DNA of 64,000 nt from Bacteroidota bacterium (GCA_042584165.1 JBHOSY010000002.1:180-64179), one strand, 5' to 3'; counted from the stretch's first letter, positions 25,875 through 35,409 are shown. Notes: a model not told the origin generated them from the letters alone. Numbers and translations: made by a program.

Positions 25875-28157
25875 ATGGAGGATAGAAGACATATCGCCGT
25901 CATGTTTACCGACATTGTCGGATACACCGCCCTGATGGGTTCGGATGAGGACAAAGCATTCGATATGCTCAAGCGTAACCATACCATCCATGCTACCCAG
26001 ATCAAAAAACACAATGGCAAACTGATCAAGGAAGTCGGGGATGGCACATTAGCCAGTTTCCCTCTTGCTTCAGATGCTGTTAGGTGTGCTATGGACATTC
26101 AGAAAGAAGCCAAGAGTCAGAAGATACCGCTGAAGATCGGAATCCATCAGGGTGAGATGGTAATGGTTGGGGCAGATGTATTAGGAGACGCCGTTAATGT
26201 TGCTTCGAGACTACAGGAATCGGCAGAGGAGGGATGTATCTGCATATCTGGGGCTGTACAAAGAGATGTAAAGAATAAGGCTGGTATCACAGCTGAGTTC
26301 CAAGAGGAGAAAACACTAAAGAATGTTGATGATCCTATTAAAGTGTATGAGGTGGTGTATAAGGAGGAAGTTGTTGAAGAAAAGTCCACTCAAGATAAGA
26401 AATCGAAAAAAGCCGGATTCAGATTACTTTATTATATTATTGCGGGATTGGGTATCATTGGATTGATATTTTGGCTTAGTCGAACGATATGGTCTGATAC
26501 TGCTGAATTACTTCCAACTTCGGTGCGAAATGAGAAAGTGGCCGTGGCGGTATTTAATAATTATACAAATGACCTGGATCTGGATGCTTTGGGGTATATG
26601 GCTTCCGATTGGATCACTTCTGGATTAAGAGAATTACAAGTGGAGGTCAGTTCACCAGAAATGATGAGTAAATACCAGGATAATGTTGGTGTACTGCCTG
26701 ATAATCCACAAAATGAGGCCTCCTTATATGAATTAACTAATGCTAGATATGTGGTTACCGGATCTTATTATCTGAAAGGAGACTCTTTACAAATGACATC
26801 AAGACTTGAATCCACTGAATCTGGTGAAATCATTTACGATTTTCCTGCCATCTGGGGCCGTAAAACTGAAAAGGAATTACTCATTGAGGAAATTCGTGAA
26901 AAATTAAAAGGTTATTGGGCAGTTAAAGAAGATCAGAGCTTATCTAAGCTACACCCACCCAAATACCAGGCTTACCAGGCCTTTCTTGCTTGTGCAAGTT
27001 GGGCTATAGATTTAGATTGTTATTTAAAAGTTTTGGAAATTGATTCAACCTTCCTTTTAGCCAGGATCTATTTGATGAATGCAACAGTAGTTTATGAAAA
27101 CGAAGAAATATACAGAAGTTCCCGCAAATATGTACTTGACCACTGGGAAAAATGCACCGATTTTGGTAAGAACTTATTTAATTATTCCGAATTTCGAAGA
27201 AAGCAAAATTACGAGGAGGCGGCTAACGCAATCGAAAAAAACCTTGAATTAGATCCCAAGGATTTGGCCATGCTACATACGGCAGGATATTTCCGGTCTT
27301 TTCTCAACTATACGGAAAAATCAGTTGAAATTTATCAGACTATTTTCGACAATTTTGATATTTATCAAGATAAAATACTTGGTGTGAGTTATTATCACTA
27401 CTTCGATGTACTTAACCGATTGGGCCGGCAAGATGAAGTAATTGATTTTGCCCTGGAACAACCCATCGAAATATTAAATGATATGGGCTACTATGGAAGG
27501 CCTGAGATAGTCCGCTCTTTGTTATTGGAAAAAGACTTTGACAGGATCCCATTGTTTTTGGACAAATTACATAAAAATGGAATCTGGATTAGTTATATGT
27601 ACTTTGCCTATATATACAACAATACATTTCCAACCGATTCGGTAAACTTATTCGGACCTGAATTGAGAGAAAGATTAAAAGATTATAATACTCCCGAGAA
27701 CGTGATAAACCCCTTGCAATTAAACGCCTGGAGTTCAAAAGCATTTGGATTCTACAATTTAAAGGAATGGGAGAAAGCAGAATCCCTATTGGTGAATCTT
27801 CAAGAAGCGGATGGGGAAGGTCGGTGGTCTTGGTATCGGAAACCCTGGCAGACAGGATTCCTGGGATGTGTATATGCCAGACAGGAAAAAAAGGAAGAGG
27901 CTTTTATGCAGATTCAAAAACTGGAAGCGCTAAGGGCAGAATTTCCAGAAATAACTAATATTCATCATCGTGGAATTATTTCTTATTGGCAGGCAAGGAT
28001 ATACGCTATACTCAATGAGAAAGATAAGGCGGTATCATCGCTAAAAAAATCGCTTGAAGAAGGTAAAGGATTTCAATATCAGCATTATGTTTTTGATTGG
28101 GATTTAGCCAGCCTGAGTGGTTATCCACCTTATGAAAGTTTAATCAGCCCTAAATAG
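25875..28157 (+). CDS. Class III adenylate/guanylate cyclase domain protein with TM segment and long helical/TPR-like C-terminal region (tandem paralog)
   Basis: 760 aa. MFTDIVGYTALMG, KEVGDGTLASF, LKIGIHQGEMV and GDAVNVASRLQ blocks. TM helix LLYYIIAGLGIIGLIFW. Confidence 0.85.
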   Translation: MEDRRHIAVMFTDIVGYTALMGSDEDKAFDMLKRNHTIHATQIKKHNGKLIKEVGDGTLASFPLASDAVRCAMDIQKEAKSQKIPLKIGIHQGEMVMVGADVLGDAVNVASRLQESAEEGCICISGAVQRDVKNKAGITAEFQEEKTLKNVDDPIKVYEVVYKEEVVEEKSTQDKKSKKAGFRLLYYIIAGLGIIGLIFWLSRTIWSDTAELLPTSVRNEKVAVAVFNNYTNDLDLDALGYMASDWITSGLRELQVEVSSPEMMSKYQDNVGVLPDNPQNEASLYELTNARYVVTGSYYLKGDSLQMTSRLESTESGEIIYDFPAIWGRKTEKELLIEEIREKLKGYWAVKEDQSLSKLHPPKYQAYQAFLACASWAIDLDCYLKVLEIDSTFLLARIYLMNATVVYENEEIYRSSRKYVLDHWEKCTDFGKNLFNYSEFRRKQNYEEAANAIEKNLELDPKDLAMLHTAGYFRSFLNYTEKSVEIYQTIFDNFDIYQDKILGVSYYHYFDVLNRLGRQDEVIDFALEQPIEILNDMGYYGRPEIVRSLLLEKDFDRIPLFLDKLHKNGIWISYMYFAYIYNNTFPTDSVNLFGPELRERLKDYNTPENVINPLQLNAWSSKAFGFYNLKEWEKAESLLVNLQEADGEGRWSWYRKPWQTGFLGCVYARQEKKEEAFMQIQKLEALRAEFPEITNIHHRGIISYWQARIYAILNEKDKAVSSLKKSLEEGKGFQYQHYVFDWDLASLSGYPPYESLISPK

Positions 28158-28257
28158 CACATTATGGACTTGATCTGCACACCTGGATGAAAAAGCGGCC
28201 ATAAGAGCCCAGGTACAGGAGATGATTGAGAGTGGGGAGATTGATTTGTCCCGATAG
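28158..28257 (+). pseudogene. Decayed 3' extension of the second cyclase gene (relic copy c)
   Basis: After the TAG stop the sequence still aligns to relic a (13990..14121). One frame over it reads HLDEKAAIRAQVQEMIESGEIDLSR*. A stop plus a 1-nt frame change separate it from the CDS. Confidence 0.45.
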
Positions 28258-28383
28258 GGATGCCTCTGACATAAAGTTAGCCTTCCAACTGGTGACTGAT
28301 CTGGAGGTTTATATTTCTTTTTTTAGCCTTTAATTGCCCTTTTTCTACTAGGTTTTGTTACCTGTATGTTACCCTAATAAAAT

Positions 28384-28407
28384 AAAGCCCTGATAATCAG
28401 GGCCTTT
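28384..28407 (-). terminator. Stem-loop terminator candidate downstream of tRNA-Leu
   Basis: AAAGCCCTGA-TAA-TCAGGG(C)CTTT forms a 10-bp stem with one bulge. On the minus strand it is followed by ATTTTATT. Confidence 0.5.
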
Positions 28408-28421
28408 ATGAGGTTTCTGTG

Positions 28422-28503
28422 TACCGAAGGTGGGAATCGAACCCACACTCCCGAAGGAACACGATTTTGAGTCGTGCGCGTCTACCAATTCCGCCACTTC
28501 GGC
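28422..28503 (-). tRNA. tRNA-Leu (anticodon CAA), type II with long variable arm
   Basis: Reverse complement is GCCGAAGTGGCGGAATTGGTAGACGCGCACGACTCAAAATCGTGTTCCTTCGGGAGTGTGGGTTCGATTCCCACCTTCGGTA. Acceptor GCCGAAG/CTTCGGT (G1:U72). Anticodon stem CACGA/TCGTG with loop CTCAAAA. Variable arm TCCTTCGGGAGT. T-loop GGTTCGATTCC. CCA is not encoded. Confidence 0.9.
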
Positions 28504-28552
28504 ATGTAAAAGAACTTTATAATCAATAAGTATCCTTCTAGGTTTATAATCT

Positions 28553-28616
28553 ATTTTGCGCACGAGTGCGCGCCTGCCTGTCCGGTAGGCAGGTCTACCA
28601 ATTCCGCCACTTCGGC
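28553..28616 (-). pseudogene. Truncated 5' fragment of a second tRNA-Leu, interrupted by a 20-nt GC-rich palindrome
   Basis: A 24-nt exact repeat of the tRNA 5' end/D-arm (28593..28616 = 28480..28503). The palindromic sequence CCTGCCTGTCCGGTAGGCAG is then inserted before the GCGCAC D-stem remainder. No T-arm or acceptor 3' strand follows. Confidence 0.6.
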
Positions 28617-28748
28617 CTTTGTCCACGGTAGCCTTGGCGAAGGTGGATAAATAATAAGTGCATAAATAATCGTTTCACGCAAAGAGCGCAAAGACAGTCG
28701 CAAAGATCGCCAAATAACGGTTAAATTACAATAATTGGAAAGTCCACC

Positions 28749-29522
28749 CTACTCACTAAAAAATATCTGTACAGGACTATCTATACTTAAGCCAAGCAAC
28801 TCCGAAGCATTTCCCTTATTTATTCCAATTTCGAGGTATCCAAGGCTGTTGAAAGATATGAAACAATCCCCGGCTTCCACATCACAATATGCGGTACTGA
28901 TCCTGTCCATTACTTCCCGGCCAAAACTTACCGTATATCCCCTGTTCTTTTTCAGAATATTAAAAACCTCTTCTTCAATATTCGTAATCAGGTTACCATA
29001 ATGATCCACACGAATAACATTTCCTGAGATCTGCTTCTTTGTGGCCTTCACCTGCCTGCTCAGTAACCTGTTATATTCTGAGGTGAAATTACCGACATCC
29101 TGTACGTTGGATCCACTGGCCAGCATAGCCGCAGCTTTTGCCAGGACCTCCCTGGCTGGAAAATTCGGACATTCTTCCTCGCTATGGTGAAGTTCAGCTA
29201 TTATAGAAGGATCTTTTTCGCTGAGCATGCTGAATAATCCGTTGTCAGCACCTACGAAAAAATGATCTTCAATTTTTAGTACGATATTTTTGTTTTTCCC
29301 AATTCCCTGCGAATCTACTGCAGCCAGGTGAATGGTTCCCTCAGGGAAATCATGGAAAACAGATTTTAAGACATATGCTCCATGCCCGATATCAAATTGA
29401 TTGATGTTATGGCTGATATCAACGATCTTTAAACCAGGATTTATGCTTAGAATACGCGCTTTTACAGCCGCAACGTAATGATCACTGGTGCCAAAATCAG
29501 ACATAAAAGTGATTAGAGCCAT
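28749..29522 (-). CDS. SAM hydroxide adenosyltransferase / SAM hydrolase family protein (DUF62)
   Basis: 257 aa. MALITFMSDFGTSDHYVAAVKARI N-terminus and VDHYGNLITNI block are typical of DUF62. Confidence 0.8.
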   Translation of the reverse strand: MALITFMSDFGTSDHYVAAVKARILSINPGLKIVDISHNINQFDIGHGAYVLKSVFHDFPEGTIHLAAVDSQGIGKNKNIVLKIEDHFFVGADNGLFSMLSEKDPSIIAELHHSEEECPNFPAREVLAKAAAMLASGSNVQDVGNFTSEYNRLLSRQVKATKKQISGNVIRVDHYGNLITNIEEEVFNILKKNRGYTVSFGREVMDRISTAYCDVEAGDCFISFNSLGYLEIGINKGNASELLGLSIDSPVQIFFSE

Positions 29523-29614
29523 AGAAGCAAAAAAATTATTGTGTATGTTTGTTGAAGCAAAAATAAGTATTTTAGTGCTAAATTTAAATTCAGGAAACCT
29601 AACTTAACGCGCCC

Positions 29615-30562
29615 TTGGTAGAAAAAATTATAACACTCGAAAACGTTTCACTCGTTGACTTTTTAGGTGTTGAAAATCAAAACATTACCGAACTTGCGGC
29701 ACATTTCCCAACCAGCAAGATCATATCAAGAGGAAATGAGATCACTATTAAGGGTGAAACCAAGGAAATAATAAAGATCAACGATATCCTGAATTCCCTG
29801 CTGAACCATTATCACAAATTCGGAAAGCTTACAAACGAAAATGTAAAATCATATATTGAAAGGGAATCTCTTGAAGATCTGTATTCAGGTGAAGAAATAC
29901 TTATTTACGGTACACGTGGCTTTGTTATTAAACCTAAAACAATCAATCAGAAGGTACTCGTTGATACAGTGAATGAGAATGATATGGTTTTTGCCATCGG
30001 TCCGGCCGGTACAGGTAAAACGTACATATCAGTTGCACTGGCAGTACAAGCATTAAAGAATAAAGAAGTCAAGAAGATCATTATTACGCGACCTGCTGTG
30101 GAAGCTGGTGAAAACTTGGGATTCCTGCCGGGAGATCTTAAAGAAAAGATTGATCCGTATCTCAGGCCTGTCTACGATGCACTTGATGATATGATCCCTT
30201 ATGAAAAGTTGAAATATTACCAGGAAAACAGGATAATCGAAATTGCTCCACTCGCCTATATGCGTGGTCGAACACTCAACGATGCCTTTATCCTTCTGGA
30301 CGAAGCACAGAATACCAGTCCAATGCAGGTAAAAATGTTCCTCACCCGGATGGGACCAAACTCAAAAGTGATCATCAATGGCGATATTTCTCAAATCGAT
30401 CTGCCAAATCACCAGCTGTCCGGACTGATTGATGCCATGAGTATTTTGAAGAATGTGAAAAGGATCGGCTTTGTCGAACTGACTTCAACGGATGTAATCA
30501 GGCACAAAATTGTGAAAGATGTAATAAATGCCTATGATAAGGTAAGTAAGGGCAAGAAGTAA
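29615..30562 (+). CDS. phoH: PhoH-like ATPase
   Basis: 315 aa with TTG start. Walker A GPAGTGKTY, ILLDEAQN Walker B block and GFLPGDLKEKIDPYLRP motif. Confidence 0.9.
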   Translation: MVEKIITLENVSLVDFLGVENQNITELAAHFPTSKIISRGNEITIKGETKEIIKINDILNSLLNHYHKFGKLTNENVKSYIERESLEDLYSGEEILIYGTRGFVIKPKTINQKVLVDTVNENDMVFAIGPAGTGKTYISVALAVQALKNKEVKKIIITRPAVEAGENLGFLPGDLKEKIDPYLRPVYDALDDMIPYEKLKYYQENRIIEIAPLAYMRGRTLNDAFILLDEAQNTSPMQVKMFLTRMGPNSKVIINGDISQIDLPNHQLSGLIDAMSILKNVKRIGFVELTSTDVIRHKIVKDVINAYDKVSKGKK

Positions 30563-30573
30563 TCCCTCCTCTC

Positions 30574-31011
30574 TTGATCACAGTAAACAAAATCAATTCT
30601 CCTGAAGATTTTTCATTTAGTAGAAAAATACGGTACCAGGTATTTGTAATTGAACAGAAGGTTCCTCCAGAGGACGAAATTGATGAATATGAGGATGCCT
30701 CTATCCATTTTATCGCAAAATTGAATGGCACTCCCAGTGGTACTGCCAGGTACAGGATTACAGATACCGGAGTAAAGCTTGAGAGGTTTGCAGTATTAAA
30801 TGAACTTCGTGGAAAAGGGATTGGATCCGCACTTGTTGAAGCTGTTCTGGAAGATATTAACAATAATCCCGAGGCTTCCGGAAAACCCATATACCTTCAT
30901 TCCCAGGTGGATGCTATTTTCCTTTATACTAAATATGGTTTTCAGAAAACCGGTGAACTATTCGATGAATGTGGCATCATGCACTCAAAAATGATAAAAT
31001 CTCCTGCTTGA
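30574..31011 (+). CDS. GNAT-family N-acetyltransferase
   Basis: 145 aa. LNELRGKGIGSALVEAV acetyl-CoA binding (R/Q-x-x-G-x-G/A) motif. Confidence 0.75.
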   Translation: MITVNKINSPEDFSFSRKIRYQVFVIEQKVPPEDEIDEYEDASIHFIAKLNGTPSGTARYRITDTGVKLERFAVLNELRGKGIGSALVEAVLEDINNNPEASGKPIYLHSQVDAIFLYTKYGFQKTGELFDECGIMHSKMIKSPA

Positions 31012-31072
31012 TTTTCTTTCTCTTCAAGGTTTTCTTATATTTATAGTCGACAACCAGTTTTAATGTTCAATC

Positions 31073-33181
31073 ATGCTAAAATGGTCACCCTACCCATTTG
31101 TAAGGTTTACCGTTGTACTTATTGGTGGAATTTTGTGCGGTGAATTGTACAATCATTATGAACCAGAGATAATAGCCCTTCTCGCAGTAGTGTTTTTTTT
31201 AATTTATATCCTGATATCCGGGATATTGAAGAAAAATACATTTACAAGATTCAGGATGTTAATCGGTTTTCTTGGATTAACTTCCATTTTTCTCACAGGA
31301 TTGTTTAGATGTGTATCGATCCATGAGCGCTTCAGAGAAGAAGAGATCCAGGCAGATATTGAAAATATCAAATATTATTCGGCATGGATAATAAGTCAAC
31401 CAGTTAATAAAAATGATGCCATCAGATTCATAGCGACTATTACATCTTACAAGGTATCCGGGAAATGGAGAAGTGCAAATTCATCTGTTTCGATTTATTA
31501 TAAGGCTACCAGTGATAGCACAATATTGAAATATGGTGACAGGATTTTGATTTCAGGAAATCCGGATTGGGTAAAACCTCCAGCAAATCAATATGTATTC
31601 AACTATCAGAAATGGATGACTCGAAAGGGGATCCATTACCAGGCTTTTCTGAAAGATGGTTCAATGTGTGTCTACGGCAACGCTCCCCGATCAAAATTAA
31701 TGCAAGTATCATATAACCTGCGTGCCAGGATTTCCAATATTATCATCAATGCTTTCGATGATCCTGTTACAATGGGTATTGTTTCAGCACTTGTGATTGG
31801 TCAGCGCAACAACCTGGATCCCGATGTGGCTGACGATTTTTCACGATCAGGAGTATATCATATCCTGGCAGTTTCAGGTCTCCATGTAGGGATAGTATAT
31901 TTCATTATGATGTTTATCTTCGGAAGATTAAACCGGTCAAAACCAGGTCGATGGGTATTTGCCATCATTACAATCATCAGTTTAATCTGTTATTCTGTCA
32001 TCACAGGCCTTTCTCCTTCTGTAATCAGGGCTGCAACCATGTTGTCATTGATCCCGGTCAGCCAGGCCATCAACAGGCGAGCGAATATTTTTAATACCAT
32101 ATCATTTTCGGCATTTTTGCATCTCCTGTATGATCCATTTCTGATTTTTTCCGCAGGGTTTCAACTTTCATATCTTGCTGTTCTGGGCATCGTTCTGTTT
32201 TATAAACCCATCTATAACCTGATAGAGCTCAATTCATATATTTTTGACAGGATCTGGAAACTATGGTCCGTTTCTATCGCGGCACAGATCATGACATTCC
32301 CATTGACAATTCATTATTTCAACCAGTTTCCTGTTGTTTTTCTCATTTCCAATGTTGTTATGATACCGGTTGCGTTTATAACTGTCATGTCTGGTTTCCT
32401 GATGCTGGCTCTATCCCCCTTTAACCTCGTTGTGTATCTGACCTCCAGTATTGTTCATCATATGTTAATTATGGCAACAATCATTATAAAGTGGTTGAAT
32501 ACACTTCAGGGAGATATTTTTTCAAATATCCACCTTTCCTTTACTGAAGCAGGAATGCTTTACCTGATCCTGGCGTTTCTCATGTTATTACTTACAAGGA
32601 AGAAAATGATATATCTGATTCTATCAATAGCAGTATTATTATCTTTTACTGTACATAGAATTTCATGGATCAATACGAACAGGTGCGATACAAAACTGAT
32701 GGTTTATTACTATTCCAGGAACGAGGGCATTGAATTTATTCATGGATTAAAGGGGGTTGTAATGTTGGAAGATGATAATATAGATAATAACAGGATTGTA
32801 AAAAATCTGGTTTACCCGGTTACAAGGAAACAGGCAAGAAGTGTAGTTATAGATCAAACTGATCTAATGTCCTATGGTATTTCTTCTTGTAATGTTCAAG
32901 GAATCAATTTATATGTCTGGCAGTTGAAAACAATCGCCGTTCTAACCGATCCGGACCAACTGTTTGAAAATCCAAAACCTATAAGTGTGGATGTAGCAAT
33001 AGTTAAACCGCCTCATTATGCAAATGCTGGTAAAATGTTTAATTACATTGAAGCAGATCACTGGGTTTATTCAGGCTGGATCAAAGATGGTTTAAAATCC
33101 ACTATAGATTCGCTGGCTGTAAAGAAAGGCATAAAGGTCTATTATCCTGTTAAAAAAGGTTTTTCAGAAATCGAACTGTAA
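31073..33181 (+). CDS. comEC: ComEC/Rec2-family competence membrane protein
   Basis: 702 aa, polytopic. SGVYHILAVSGLHVGIVY competence-domain block. Size and topology are typical. Confidence 0.8.
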   Translation: MLKWSPYPFVRFTVVLIGGILCGELYNHYEPEIIALLAVVFFLIYILISGILKKNTFTRFRMLIGFLGLTSIFLTGLFRCVSIHERFREEEIQADIENIKYYSAWIISQPVNKNDAIRFIATITSYKVSGKWRSANSSVSIYYKATSDSTILKYGDRILISGNPDWVKPPANQYVFNYQKWMTRKGIHYQAFLKDGSMCVYGNAPRSKLMQVSYNLRARISNIIINAFDDPVTMGIVSALVIGQRNNLDPDVADDFSRSGVYHILAVSGLHVGIVYFIMMFIFGRLNRSKPGRWVFAIITIISLICYSVITGLSPSVIRAATMLSLIPVSQAINRRANIFNTISFSAFLHLLYDPFLIFSAGFQLSYLAVLGIVLFYKPIYNLIELNSYIFDRIWKLWSVSIAAQIMTFPLTIHYFNQFPVVFLISNVVMIPVAFITVMSGFLMLALSPFNLVVYLTSSIVHHMLIMATIIIKWLNTLQGDIFSNIHLSFTEAGMLYLILAFLMLLLTRKKMIYLILSIAVLLSFTVHRISWINTNRCDTKLMVYYYSRNEGIEFIHGLKGVVMLEDDNIDNNRIVKNLVYPVTRKQARSVVIDQTDLMSYGISSCNVQGINLYVWQLKTIAVLTDPDQLFENPKPISVDVAIVKPPHYANAGKMFNYIEADHWVYSGWIKDGLKSTIDSLAVKKGIKVYYPVKKGFSEIEL

Positions 33182-33230
33182 TTATAGTATAACCTGTTTC
33201 CCTGGCATATTATCATTGCTGATTAAACAA

Positions 33231-34430
33231 ATGTAACTAAAATTCATTTTCAATATCTGAAATTTGCATTCCTCAGGTTCCCTCTTGCCTGCAAGCCGGA
33301 ATACCATGCAGGCTGGGGAGGGAATTCAAGGGTCGGTTTTTAGAAACCAAACTGTTACTACCTATCTCTGAATCTATCTCCGCTGTAGGCCAGTCCCTCA
33401 CCTCCCTATATTCAGCGGGCTTTTCGTTCGGTCTGCCGAGGAGGAGACGATTCCGTTTTCATGATATCAACAAAGGTAACAAAAATTGGTTGGTTCAATT
33501 AATAGTACTAAAATCTTAATTGTACACCAGAAATCACAATTCCGAAAGTCCCCTCCCAGGAGCGGTAGGGGTGGATTCATTATTTTCAATCCAATTCTTT
33601 ATGTCCTGTAATACGGCATCAATATTATCTTTTACATCCATATCATCAAATCTTAGAAATCTTACACCAAGATCTTCTAATCTTTTTTGTCTTGTAACAT
33701 CGTTTACTTTAACTTCCTTATCAATGTGTGAATCTCCATCAATTTCAATGGCCAGCACTAAATCCTTACAATAGAAATCGACAATGTAGTTATCTATTGG
33801 TCTCTGGCGATCAAAATCATATCCCGAAATTTGTTTCCCCTTAATCTCTTTCCAAAGGAGAATTTCACTTAAAGTCATATTCTTTCTAAGCATCCGTGCA
33901 ACCTTTTTCAATTTGGGATTATATGGTAGTATCTTTTTCCTATTCATAGTTCACTAAACCCACCATTGAATCTCCTCCCGAGAGGAGAGGATTCTGTTTT
34001 CAGAATCAATATCCAAGGGCAACAAAAGAAAGCTGGTTAGATAAATTTAGCTAAAATGTGTTTATGAAACTGAAATTTGTATCCCTAAGGTTCCCTCTTT
34101 GGAGGGAATTCAATGGTGGGTTTATAGTATTTATGGGTACCTCACCCACCTCTGTATCTATCTGCCCTGTAGGCTGGCCACCCCTTAAAATCGTCCACAC
34201 GCTGTCGCCGAATCCTTCGCCACAGGCTTCGGCCGCCGGTGAAAGCTTTAGTGTAGGAGTCTGGTCCATTTCTTAACAGTCGTGCCTCCAAGGAGGAGAC
34301 AATTATGTTTTCAGTAATGAACCCCAAGGCATCAAAAGAAAGCTGGTTAGATAAATTTAGCTAAAATTGTTTACGAACCTGAAATTTGTATTCCTAAGGT
34401 TCCCTCTTTGGAGGGAATTCAATGGATAAT
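33231..34430. repeat. Array of ~300-nt hairpin-bearing repeat units (3 heads, 3 tails) surrounding the DUF559 gene
   Basis: A 94-nt core at 34023..34116 and 34333..34425 is ~95% identical. A degenerate third head lies at ~33231..33332. Tail motif GAGGAGA-N-ATT-N2-GTTTTCA occurs at ~33433, ~33972 and ~34284. A 13-bp inverted repeat CCCACCATTGAAT/ATTCAATGGTGGG lies at 33959..33971 and 34108..34120. Confidence 0.7.
33534..33947 (-). CDS. DUF559 endonuclease-domain protein (Vsr/PD-(D/E)XK-like)
   Basis: 137 aa. MTLSEILLWKEIKGKQISGYDFDRQRPIDNYIVDFYC...LAIEIDGDSH...RQKRLEDLGVRFLRFDD matches the DUF559 pattern. The GC-rich C-terminal tail runs into repeat sequence. Confidence 0.8.
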   Translation of the reverse strand: MNRKKILPYNPKLKKVARMLRKNMTLSEILLWKEIKGKQISGYDFDRQRPIDNYIVDFYCKDLVLAIEIDGDSHIDKEVKVNDVTRQKRLEDLGVRFLRFDDMDVKDNIDAVLQDIKNWIENNESTPTAPGRGLSEL

Positions 34431-34505
34431 ACCGGGTCTTATGCCCGGTTGTGTTGTATCATAACGATCTTATTGTTAATTTCCTGAATCAATATTCTTA
34501 AACAC

Positions 34506-35045
34506 ATGAGATCAATTATTTATCATATTTTAATCCTGCTCATTTTTCAATTTCCATTGTCTTTGTTGGCACAAAGTATAACGCTGAATCGCGGATATCA
34601 GGAACTGAAGATTGGCAGTAATGATGATCAGGTTGAAGAATTCGTTGGATTCAGAGGTAAGCAAATCGATGTTTCAACATTTAAGGAATTCTTCATATTC
34701 GATGCAGATGCCCTGGCCCTGTTGGATTTTATACCAGGATTTGATTATTGCCTTGTTTACAAACATATCATGCCAATTCCTGTTACAAAGATCTTTTTCA
34801 AGAAAGGTAAGGTTGTAGGTATCGAAATCAACAGTTATCCGGATTTTACCAGGCCGATCTGCCTTGACTCAGAGACCAGTAAAGGATTGAAATTCTGGGA
34901 TAGTTCAGAAGAGATGACCAGGATCTACGGAACTCACGATAATAAAATTGAACCAGGCGGAGAGAATTTATTTTATACATTTCCCAAAGATAAAATGGCC
35001 TTTGGCCTCTCAAACGATGAAGTTAGGATCATTTACTATTATTGA
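34506..35045 (+). CDS. Hypothetical secreted protein (paralog of 35817..36386)
   Basis: 179 aa with signal peptide. Shares the SYPD/EF..IC.D..T.EGLKFW...YG...Y.FP.K...FG..NDEVR block with the 35817 ORF. Confidence 0.55.
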   Translation: MRSIIYHILILLIFQFPLSLLAQSITLNRGYQELKIGSNDDQVEEFVGFRGKQIDVSTFKEFFIFDADALALLDFIPGFDYCLVYKHIMPIPVTKIFFKKGKVVGIEINSYPDFTRPICLDSETSKGLKFWDSSEEMTRIYGTHDNKIEPGGENLFYTFPKDKMAFGLSNDEVRIIYYY

Positions 35046-35139
35046 GTTGAGGGCTTCCGAAAAAACGTTACTCTACCATCTTAGTCAAAATAACAATATG
35101 TAGCGTTTTGAGAGGTAGAATTCAATCCACAATCCAATT

Positions 35140-35394
35140 TCAGACAAGCAGGTTTTCGGGTAATTTTATCTGGTCAAAATAAAATTTCATTCTGGTACTT
35201 TCCCGCTCCAATAATACCACCTTTTCAATCCTGTCTTCTTTGTGATTATAAAATACTTCCACATAAAAGTTGAACATCAGGTATAAGTTGATCTTGTACC
35301 CATAGTACCGTATGGCAAAGACAAAGTCACCATCAACATATAGTCGCTTTATTTTTTCATGAAATGGCAATATGGTAAATTGATCTTCTGACAT
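35140..35394 (-). CDS. Hypothetical small protein
   Basis: 84-aa ORF only 15 nt downstream of the Dabb gene on the same strand. No motif recognised. Confidence 0.4.
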   Translation of the reverse strand: MSEDQFTILPFHEKIKRLYVDGDFVFAIRYYGYKINLYLMFNFYVEVFYNHKEDRIEKVVLLERESTRMKFYFDQIKLPENLLV

Positions 35395-35409
35395 CTTCGT
35401 TCCATAAAT

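Noticed and set aside
28369-28626. 85-aa minus-strand ORF spanning the tRNA region.
   Set aside because: It is translated straight through tRNA-Leu and the tRNA fragment, so it is an artefact of the RNA genes and GC-rich palindromes.
34051-34327. Three overlapping 61-72-aa ORFs on both strands inside the repeat unit, plus a 19-codon ORF with an AAGGAGGAG-like leader at 34305..34364.
   Set aside because: The homologous repeat copies differ by indels that break every one of these frames. The ATG is CTG or CCG in the other copies. Conservation is therefore at nucleotide or structure level, not protein level.
33231-34430. Possible CRISPR array, because of regularly spaced repeats.
   Set aside because: The period is ~310 nt and the repeats are ~94 nt with internal hairpins and conserved flanks. 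This is not 25-40-nt repeats with unique 30-40-nt spacers. No cas genes are in the window.
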